Shown here: positions 33,138 through 41,658 of the stretch, piece by piece
How the letters are laid out: each line of letters starts with the position of its first letter
Numbering within the stretch: the stretch's first letter is position 1
From: Epithemia pelagica
Taxonomy: Eukaryota; Protista; Bacillariophyta
Length of the DNA stretch: 64,000 nt
Reading direction: 5' to 3'
Assembly (NCBI GenBank): GCA_946965045.2
Contig: OX337228.1
Location: 6,696,001 to 6,760,000, forward strand
The notes under the pieces: model-generated
The model's database searches: none
Told to the model about the DNA's origin: nothing
The model's input: the letters and a program-made list of their open reading frames with translations, nothing else
Position numbers and translations under genes: made by a program

Positions 33138-36100
33138 ATGGAGTGTTGGCAGGCCAGTGGTGGTACGACAATGACTACTCCCAAACGACTGGCACCTCGT
33201 AGTACCGATGTTCTTTCACCCCATCATCCAGCCTCAATTGCAGCCGCTCAAGCCGGTGTGTCGGCCAACGATCAGGACACGGCTCCTGCCAAAGCTCAAC
33301 GAACTCGCAGTGACGATACCGAAAGTACACATGAACAAAGTGACAAATCCTCCTCCTCCTCCCAGCCGCACCACCAAGACGACACAGCGAATCCCGCCGT
33401 GACTACCATTTCTCACGCCAACGTGGTCATTTCCGTGGTACCTTCAAGAGACGAAGCAGACAAACCAACGCGACCCAAAGCTGACCCTCCGGCATCGTCT
33501 TCCTTTTTACAATGGGCGTGTAGCAGGACCGGTGCCACTCCTGCTACAGGGCAACGTTGTAGTAGTGCATCCTGTTTTACGGCCAATCCTTCCGCAAAGA
33601 CAGATTTGGAACAGATTCGTCAGGCCGTTACCATGGAAGATGAAGATGGTGATATGCGCAACAACCACTCGATGTTGTCCAATGACCCTTTGATGGGAGG
33701 CAAGCGATCGTCAAATCACTCTAGTACAAGAGCTCCTGCTCCAATGTCATCCTCCTCCTTGTACCATTCTCCACGTCGAGGCCGAGCGACATTCCCACCG
33801 ACTTCGATTTCCACTACCCCTTTGCAAATGGCCATGTCTGTAAGTTTACTGTCTAACGATGACGATGATGATGAAGAGGAGGACGAAGAAGAGGACGTCC
33901 AAGAAAAAGAGGAAGAAGAACAACAAGAAGACAATACGAGGGAGAAACGGCCCGAACAGAAAGACACTACGAACCATGAATCGACGACGAATACCCATCG
34001 AGACACATCACAGCTCTTGCTCGACGATTTGGATCATGCCGAATTGGCATCCATTCTCGAAAGTCCACCCCGCCCAGTTCGGGGCAGGCCGTCCAAACAG
34101 ACACTTGATTCGCCCCGTGGTCAACGGGGCCCCGTAAAAGGATTCACGCCACCACGAAGAAAAGGTCGAAAGGCATCTACACCTTCCAAATTGGAACCTC
34201 TAGGTCATGATGCCACCTCCCGACCACCCCAGGCTGTATCACACATGTACACGTCCGGCTTTGATCCTTTTGCCGCACCTGCAGGACAAGAAGAACCCAT
34301 GGATACGCTCAGCCAGGACGAACCAGCGGAAGCTACTCTTGGATCATCTGAACCTGCTCCCATTCTTGCACCGGTCGACGTACGAATGCAGGATCAAGAC
34401 CAAGACAAGGACCAGAATCCAGATGCTACTGTAAAGCCAAAAAGGGGACTTAAGGCATGGTTTCGTCGAAGTAATGGTGGTGGAGGGAAAAAGAAAAATC
34501 GGTCGACCAAGGCCAACCGAGAAACTACCCAATGTGAGAGCCATGGATTCCTGAATGAAGTCGACGCTCCGACTCCTGACCTGAATAATCAAATTTACCG
34601 CTACCAAGACCGGGAGAAGCAGCCACCAGTGACTGAGGATTATGGAGAAGAGGTAATTCCTGGCAGTGCGGGTGACCACTCATTTGTGCGAGTCAACTCG
34701 GTAACCCAAGACGAGGTGGAATTGTCTGCCGCCCTCATGTCACCACGAAACGAACCAACGGCTCTTGCGTTGGTGCCGCAGCCTGAAGAAACCATGACCC
34801 ATGAAACCAACCGTCGGAATAATCGAAAGAAGCGATGGTTCTCCAAAAACCGAAGTAAGAACAAACAACAACTAGAGGAGGGTCACTGCGACAACCAGCA
34901 AATGAACACGATTACCAATGTGAATGAAGCCGAGACATATCATTCGAATATTGTAACCAATACCCAACGGGAAGCGACTACCTCACGACGAGGAGGAATG
35001 GCGGGACCTGAGACAACAGCCATGCCACTTCTTTCGTCGTCATACAGTTCTGGCATGCTAGTCCATGAACCCAGTGTCAATAGCAAAACAAACAAGGACA
35101 GTGGTAGTGACCACGGTTCTGTGTTCTCACGAAAACAAGAGTCTGTCATCATTAAATCGCGATTGCCATCGTGTCAACCTTCTCGCGAACCAGTTGTCTC
35201 TGTGAAACAAGATATGAAGAAAGACGTTCACAGCAAACCACCAATGGCAAAGCCAAACACAAGTGGTGGCGCGAAACTGCACTCAGACTCTAATACTGAC
35301 GAAAACAATGGTGCCTTGCGTAGTAATGACAAGATTATTCCCTTGGGTAAATTGCCCAATGGCATGAATGCACCGTCCGCGGTCGTTGTTTCGGTCAAGA
35401 CGGTTGGACGCCAACGCAAGAAGAAACCAACATCGAGCACTGAAAGCACCATCAAGCCTCTAGAGCAACTCACCATCACTCCAGCAGCGCAGAATCCTTT
35501 CCATAATAACATCGACGACTACTGCAAGGAGATGAATGGAGTTGTCGAGGACACTCCTGGGAAAACAGCACCGGTAGGTTGGATGCAACAGGGTGAAAAT
35601 TCCACCATTCCCGCTACTACAGTTGCCTGTTCTCCGAATCGAAAAAACATGTTGCGCTTGTTTGGTCGTCGCAATACCCTTGGTGGAGATGCGAACACAA
35701 CACCCACAAGCACACCGACAATGCCTCCCACGGACTCTTCTTGGTCGGCATCATCACCTCAAACCTTGACTCGACCCATCGTTGTGGCTGGAGAAACGGT
35801 AGAACTCTTGTATGGGAACAACCAACAATACCAGGACCATAATGACCTTCCGAGCGAAAGCAATGAGGCGACCGTGGTCTTGCCAGCAAATCATTCCACC
35901 CGTGCTGCCGAAGCTCCGGGAATGCCCATTCCCCCCAGCTTGTCCCATTCCAACAACAACCACATAGTGGCGAATCAGGCTCATTTGACGGATTCACCAC
36001 GCCCTATCGAATCTGGGTCCACAAAGAACAATCGCCGCCCCATTTCTCCTCCTAGATCTCCTTTGCGACGCCCCCTGTCTCCTCCCCGGTCTCCACTTCG

Positions 36101-37142
36101 ACGCCCCTCGTCTCCTGCTGCTCCTGTTATTTCTCCACCCTCGTCACCAGCAGCTCATTCACCACGTGGACGGTACCAACGATTTCATGCCACAACGACA
36201 GCCAGTCCGACGCCCAGTACCAAGAGTCGTCGCAGCAACAAGGGCCATGATGATGGAGACACTCCCTCCATGGTAGAGATTCATTCCTTGACCGACATTA
36301 CCGATGTCACAGAAGACAAGACGGAACGGATGATTCAACTTCAACAAGAACAACAAGAAGCAAAGGAACGGCAAGCAAAAGAGCGAAAAGCGAAACAAAG
36401 GCGACAAAGACGTGGTCATCGCAAGTCAAGGTACAATTCGTCTGATGACGAAGATGATGATGATTCTTCCCGATCGTCCTATTCGTCCTCTTCCTCCCGA
36501 TCCTCATCTTCGTCGGCCTCATCCGGGTCGTTTTCCGGTTCCGATTCGTATGCCTCCTCCCATTCGTCGGGTATGTCTGAATCCAAGGACGAGTACGATT
36601 ATATTTCTGATTCAGAAGCCGAAAGCCCTAAGGATCCCTGGTCCTCCTATTCGTCTCGTCATCACCGCCGCCCATCACGTGGTGGTGGCCGTCGACCACA
36701 AAAACAAAATGGTCGTGAAGGACGAGGGCGACCACAACTCGAGTCGGGATACACAAGTGCAGGTGGTATTTCGAGAGAAACAGGTCTTGGTCCACGAATG
36801 CGTCGTCCGCGTCGCTTGGGCGGAGGAGTTGGCGGAAGGCGACAACAACAACAAACTACACAAGGTCAAGCACAATCCAGACGACCGTGGGGCACTCGCT
36901 CTGTGGATCGTTCTCGGGCCACGACAAGGACTCGTACAACCACCACCACCACCGCCAGCCCCCAATCCAGACAACGTCATCAGGCCCGAGACATGGAGGA
37001 TGACGAAGGCCAAATGACCAGTTCGAGTACCGATCAAGACAACGAAGATGACAACATGTCGGACGTTTTGGATCCGTCTGCCATGTTCCTTCATGCCTTT
37101 ACCTGTACCGAAGAGACATCAAACCATCATGGTCGTTCGTAG
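33138..37142 (+). CDS. Intronless 1334-aa intrinsically disordered protein
   Basis: 4-kb stop-free frame from ATG; SP-rich, acidic and basic blocks; no domain recognised. Confidence 0.85.
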   Translation: MECWQASGGTTMTTPKRLAPRSTDVLSPHHPASIAAAQAGVSANDQDTAPAKAQRTRSDDTESTHEQSDKSSSSSQPHHQDDTANPAVTTISHANVVISVVPSRDEADKPTRPKADPPASSSFLQWACSRTGATPATGQRCSSASCFTANPSAKTDLEQIRQAVTMEDEDGDMRNNHSMLSNDPLMGGKRSSNHSSTRAPAPMSSSSLYHSPRRGRATFPPTSISTTPLQMAMSVSLLSNDDDDDEEEDEEEDVQEKEEEEQQEDNTREKRPEQKDTTNHESTTNTHRDTSQLLLDDLDHAELASILESPPRPVRGRPSKQTLDSPRGQRGPVKGFTPPRRKGRKASTPSKLEPLGHDATSRPPQAVSHMYTSGFDPFAAPAGQEEPMDTLSQDEPAEATLGSSEPAPILAPVDVRMQDQDQDKDQNPDATVKPKRGLKAWFRRSNGGGGKKKNRSTKANRETTQCESHGFLNEVDAPTPDLNNQIYRYQDREKQPPVTEDYGEEVIPGSAGDHSFVRVNSVTQDEVELSAALMSPRNEPTALALVPQPEETMTHETNRRNNRKKRWFSKNRSKNKQQLEEGHCDNQQMNTITNVNEAETYHSNIVTNTQREATTSRRGGMAGPETTAMPLLSSSYSSGMLVHEPSVNSKTNKDSGSDHGSVFSRKQESVIIKSRLPSCQPSREPVVSVKQDMKKDVHSKPPMAKPNTSGGAKLHSDSNTDENNGALRSNDKIIPLGKLPNGMNAPSAVVVSVKTVGRQRKKKPTSSTESTIKPLEQLTITPAAQNPFHNNIDDYCKEMNGVVEDTPGKTAPVGWMQQGENSTIPATTVACSPNRKNMLRLFGRRNTLGGDANTTPTSTPTMPPTDSSWSASSPQTLTRPIVVAGETVELLYGNNQQYQDHNDLPSESNEATVVLPANHSTRAAEAPGMPIPPSLSHSNNNHIVANQAHLTDSPRPIESGSTKNNRRPISPPRSPLRRPLSPPRSPLRRPSSPAAPVISPPSSPAAHSPRGRYQRFHATTTASPTPSTKSRRSNKGHDDGDTPSMVEIHSLTDITDVTEDKTERMIQLQQEQQEAKERQAKERKAKQRRQRRGHRKSRYNSSDDEDDDDSSRSSYSSSSSRSSSSSASSGSFSGSDSYASSHSSGMSESKDEYDYISDSEAESPKDPWSSYSSRHHRRPSRGGGRRPQKQNGREGRGRPQLESGYTSAGGISRETGLGPRMRRPRRLGGGVGGRRQQQQTTQGQAQSRRPWGTRSVDRSRATTRTRTTTTTTASPQSRQRHQARDMEDDEGQMTSSSTDQDNEDDNMSDVLDPSAMFLHAFTCTEETSNHHGRS

Positions 37143-38267
37143 AGTCGACCATATCTATACAAAGGGACGCGAATGTATCGCATTCCATATTGTAAGTGTC
37201 CAAGCTGTGTTCCCCTTTTTGTCATTTCGTCTCTTCCAGGACCAAACAACACTACCAAACATGTCCGTATAATGAATAAGAAGAAAAATCTATGTTTACA
37301 AATGGTGATCGCTGTTGGATGTTTGAAATCCAACACTTCTTCTAGGTAGCTCTGCGTCTATACGAACAGTCATGAATTGATGGGAGGATTCAGGCGAGGC
37401 TCAATCAGTCTGATGCTGTGGAAAGAAATGTAGAGCAAGTTGTCTATACCCACATGCGGTATCGTCTTCTCCATGAATGTTAATGGGGAAGGGGATGCCT
37501 TATATCTATTCCTCTAGTGGAGAAATTGTGAGACAACGAGAAAACACTCGGTACTTGTAGTTGTTCGATGTTAGACACCATCTGATTTCGATATGCGTTG
37601 AACGCTTGGAAATTTTTTTGAACTATCGGCCGGCCGGTCTGGAGGGAATGCGCTTGCGCGCACCACAAGAATCCGAACGACAGCAGCTGTCCCGCGCCAT
37701 GGCCTCTGGCCATCGGGGCGCGCCATCTGTCCAAAGCCATTTAGAAGAAGGAGAGCGCTCCTGCTGCATCTGCATCACTCGTTTAGAATTCCTCCTCCCC
37801 CCACATAGGCTAGGAATATTGATGCCGCCGCCGACGCATCCGACAATCGTGAGCATCCTTCTTTCTTCTTTTGTGGTCTGTAGATTCGACCACGTCCATT
37901 GCGCGCAAATTGTATTCAACCTCGAAAGCATACTCCACATTATAGAGCATAGAGGTAGAGAGAGCTGGAGCTCAGCGCCTTGTATACCATTCAACGACAC
38001 TTACAACAAGATTGGCATTTGCTTCCTTGTGACTGTTACTCTACAGCAGAGGGGCGAGAGTCATTCTCCATCAACCATCAACGTGTGTCACGATTCCATG
38101 TCCAGTCCATCCTTCCGCCGCTTGCACCACTAATTGATTGTACCTTTGATTGATTGGATCTTTTGTGGGTAGAATATATCATTCGTGTGTACTTGACTGG
38201 CAACGCAGCGATCCACAAAGTCACTCATCGAGTCACGAGGACCCCGCCTAAGTAGCCTTTCTTGACA

Positions 38268-40445
38268 ATGGAGGTTCAAAAGGAGACGAAGCTAGCCGAC
38301 GATCGGCAGCATCGTTTCGAGAGTTCGGTCCTTGATACAACAGAAACGAATGGAAGCACAAGCCAATCTTTGTTCTTATTGTTTCAGGAGGTCCAAAACA
38401 CCAAACAGGAAAGCAACCATTTTCCAATCCATCCGAAGCAAAATGTAGAAGAGGATGAGGAAGAATCGGATCGATATCGAATTACCTATTTAGGTGATAT
38501 AGACGAAGAAGAACCAAAACTCGAGAAACAACTCTATTTTACAAGCAACTCGATGGCCGAGGAAACTTCACCCGCCAAACACATGACCACCAAGCCATTC
38601 GACAATAAGGATGCCGATTCGGAAACGGCCACTACGGCAACAGCTTCCTTATCTTCGCCTTCGGCCTCTTCCACCTCCTCGGCCTCTTGCATCATGCCAC
38701 CCAGTGTCTGGAGAGCCTCATCCCCTCCCTTGGTACTGCAAGGAGCAGATTCACCCGCGACAATAACTCCCTTGAAACAAAAGAAGAAGAACAACACTGC
38801 TTCTTCAGCCACAGAGCCGTTCCATTCGTCACCGCCACTCAAAGAGGAGCGAGAGCCAGAACCGCAACCACGAAAAACAGCAGCAGCACCTGGTAGCAGT
38901 AGTAGTCGCTTTGAATGGTTGTTGCAACACCGTCGTGCGTCAAAGAGTGCACCTGGTCCATCACAACAACAGCATCCACTCCAAAAGGCCGAAACGCAGA
39001 AACCTCAAGACGCAAAGCACGAAACACGGTCCGCATCCACCAGAGCCTTTTCCTTGGTGCGCCGATTAGCCAGCAAAGCCAAACGACCATCCTCCTCCTT
39101 GACGGCTCCCCAAGATACAACAACAACGAAAACAGGAACCTCTGCACCACCACCACCACGAGGCCATCGCATGACCGCACAAGAAGGACAATTGCGGGCG
39201 CGAGCTCGTGTCTTATTACGACAACGATTGCATCAACAAACACAAGACGAAACCAAAGACTCACGTACCACCAAAACCAAGACACCGTCGACCCAGATTC
39301 CTCCGGTTCGATCACATCGTGCAGTGACAGTTCCACAGGGTCCTACCTTGCAAACAGCTCAACGAAGCAATCATCGAACGACACGAGGTTCTGCCTCTAC
39401 TAGTCGTAGTCGTCCTGTTGCTCCACCGCTAAATACGAGAAAGAAGCCGTCTTCGAGTAAACCCACCACGGTAGCACAGGGTCCCAAATTGCAAACGGAA
39501 CAACGTGTCGTCGATCGCACCTTGCACTTGCAGTATAGTCGGCCCTCCTTGCAACGACCCGTCAGTCCTCGTCGACGCAAACCACCTGAAACGACCGTGC
39601 CGCAGGGTCCCCAGTTACGCACCGCTCATCGCATGCAACACCGTCAGGAACAAGAACGGGAACGACAAGCACGTCAAGAAGAATTGGAACGGGAGCAACA
39701 CCGTCAGGAAGAAGAACGTATCAAACAAGTGGCGGCTGCTGCTGCCGCGGCACCACACAAACCCATTCGAATTCGCAAGAGTACCAAACCCTTGACGGTA
39801 CCACAAGGTCCGAATTTACGATTGCATGCCAAATATGGACACAAACTGGCGCCTCGTGTCGATGTCGATTACGACAGTAGTTGCTATTCCTCGCCGTCCA
39901 TGATTCGCCGTAGTACCACGCACAATTCGGGCAGTTGTTACTCGTCGGCATCCACAACCGCGCGACAGCGGCGGCCCACCAACCCCACGTCTCGAGTGAC
40001 ACCTCAAACCTTGGTGTTTGACGCAGAAGCAGACCGAACCCCCACTCTGCAACGAGCCGAACCAGTACCATACCACGCCTCGGGCGAATCGGTATCCTCC
40101 TCCAAGGCTTCGCCTCGTCGCTCATCTCCCCACAAATCCTTGCGGCTGCCATCATCATCATCGGAAGCGTCATGGTCTCCACCCAAGGAAGTCCTCGTGT
40201 GGCGGCCACCCACCCGAACCACAATGTCGCCGTCGCCCACAAAGACTCCGAAGCGATCGTCTCATGGACACGTAGACCCGTTATCGTCGCCACCCAATCC
40301 AAGCAGCACAACAAATGCTCCTGCGGCGGCAGCATCTCCGGCAGCCTCTACCACTTCGTCCAACACAAGCACGCCCAGTCGTACCGTGATGCATCGTCCC
40401 TTTATGCGAGGCATTGTGGAAGAAGAAATTGTCTTTGCGGGGTAA
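38268..40445 (+). CDS. TPX2-like microtubule-binding repeat protein B (~725 aa)
   Basis: Four repeats: VTVPQGPTLQTAQR, TTVAQGPKLQTEQR, TTVPQGPQLRTAHR and RKSTKPLTVPQGPNL, with a short coiled coil before the last. Confidence 0.75.
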   Translation: MEVQKETKLADDRQHRFESSVLDTTETNGSTSQSLFLLFQEVQNTKQESNHFPIHPKQNVEEDEEESDRYRITYLGDIDEEEPKLEKQLYFTSNSMAEETSPAKHMTTKPFDNKDADSETATTATASLSSPSASSTSSASCIMPPSVWRASSPPLVLQGADSPATITPLKQKKKNNTASSATEPFHSSPPLKEEREPEPQPRKTAAAPGSSSSRFEWLLQHRRASKSAPGPSQQQHPLQKAETQKPQDAKHETRSASTRAFSLVRRLASKAKRPSSSLTAPQDTTTTKTGTSAPPPPRGHRMTAQEGQLRARARVLLRQRLHQQTQDETKDSRTTKTKTPSTQIPPVRSHRAVTVPQGPTLQTAQRSNHRTTRGSASTSRSRPVAPPLNTRKKPSSSKPTTVAQGPKLQTEQRVVDRTLHLQYSRPSLQRPVSPRRRKPPETTVPQGPQLRTAHRMQHRQEQERERQARQEELEREQHRQEEERIKQVAAAAAAAPHKPIRIRKSTKPLTVPQGPNLRLHAKYGHKLAPRVDVDYDSSCYSSPSMIRRSTTHNSGSCYSSASTTARQRRPTNPTSRVTPQTLVFDAEADRTPTLQRAEPVPYHASGESVSSSKASPRRSSPHKSLRLPSSSSEASWSPPKEVLVWRPPTRTTMSPSPTKTPKRSSHGHVDPLSSPPNPSSTTNAPAAAASPAASTTSSNTSTPSRTVMHRPFMRGIVEEEIVFAG

Positions 40446-41201
40446 CACCACTGTGGAGATCTGAAACACGCGAGACACATCTAGGAGGACAATCTAAAAA
40501 ATCGTTGGATTTGCACTCTCAAAGTGGGCAAAACACAGTTCCAAACACTCTTGTACCTACGACGAGTCCATTCGCAGAATTACACACTGGGGAGAGAGGG
40601 GCAACCAAACTACTCTGGCTGCTCTTCCGTTTCGAGTCGTAGATTGATTCCTATATAAACAGCATATTAGAGAAAGATAAAACACCAGCGTCTTCTTGTC
40701 TACGGTAGGGAATAGAATAACAAGAGTCAACCATTTGTTTTGGGGATTGTTTTTTGGAACACGTCCATGGATCGAGTGGGAGGTCTTGACGTCATCATCT
40801 TCATTTAGTGAGAGGAAGAATGCCTTTTCGATTTTCAGTTGCAGGCTCATGCTTATTGCTGCTGTTGCTGTCATCTGGAAATGCAGAGTGAACCAATGAC
40901 AGTGCATGTAATGTCATGTCCAGAATACCATTCACAAGCGTGTTGTGTCTTGGATGATTCCCAAAGACAGCGGATAGGAGCACAAGAAGAAACATGTTAA
41001 CGAACTCTCTCAACACCTTGATATATATTTCATTGTAAAGCACCTTTTGGTACTCGCAGATATACTCACAAGCGAAGCCAAACAACACGCTCAATGCTCA
41101 ATATCCGGACACTGGATTCCAAGGCGCGCCACAAAAATGTGTCTATCAGAGGTCTTATTGCTCGGATCGGCCGGCGTGTCCCCCACATTCCCCCAAGAGA
41201 T

Positions 41202-41347
41202 CCGTTGAATGAGCCTTACATAATTCTAAGAGTCCCGTACTTGTCTGTGGACACCTAGAATTTTCCCTGAGACATGCCGGCTAAGCCATGCTCCTCAACG
41301 GACAAACGGACATGCATTCGTAATTGCCTTTAATAACGGTCACCGTT
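41202..41347. promoter_or_regulatory. Cluster of five MSA-like motifs upstream of the ~933-aa gene
   Basis: Cores at 41202, 41297, 41305, 41335 and 41343; includes the tandem CAACGGACAAACGGAC and the palindrome ATAACGGT-C-ACCGTTAT. Confidence 0.6.
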
Positions 41348-41658
41348 ATCAGGGAGATTTCCTACGAGCGGCTGCCGATTGGGCGATCCCATAGTATCTC
41401 AAATCTCAATCTCCTGGTTGTTGGCTTCATTCTCGATCTTGGTTCTCTTGATAGCAAGACGTTGGCAGTTTAAAAAGAAGAATGAGACGTGGCTCCAGAT
41501 AATCTATGACCTAGAGACCGAACATAAAACAAAACAACAGAAGAGGGAAAAGTTATCTGAAAACACTGGAGGAGTTGCTTCGCAGAAACGATTCAAATTC
41601 CATTGGGAATCGTACCCCTACTATCGAACGACCAAGAAAGACATCCACAATCGAGGCC

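Noticed and set aside
37400-38133. ORFs between the 1334-aa gene and TPX2-like B
   Set aside because: Inconsistent frames and no recognisable motifs.
40557-41094. Minus-strand fragments with some protein-like stretches
   Set aside because: Could not be assigned to a family or joined into a gene model.
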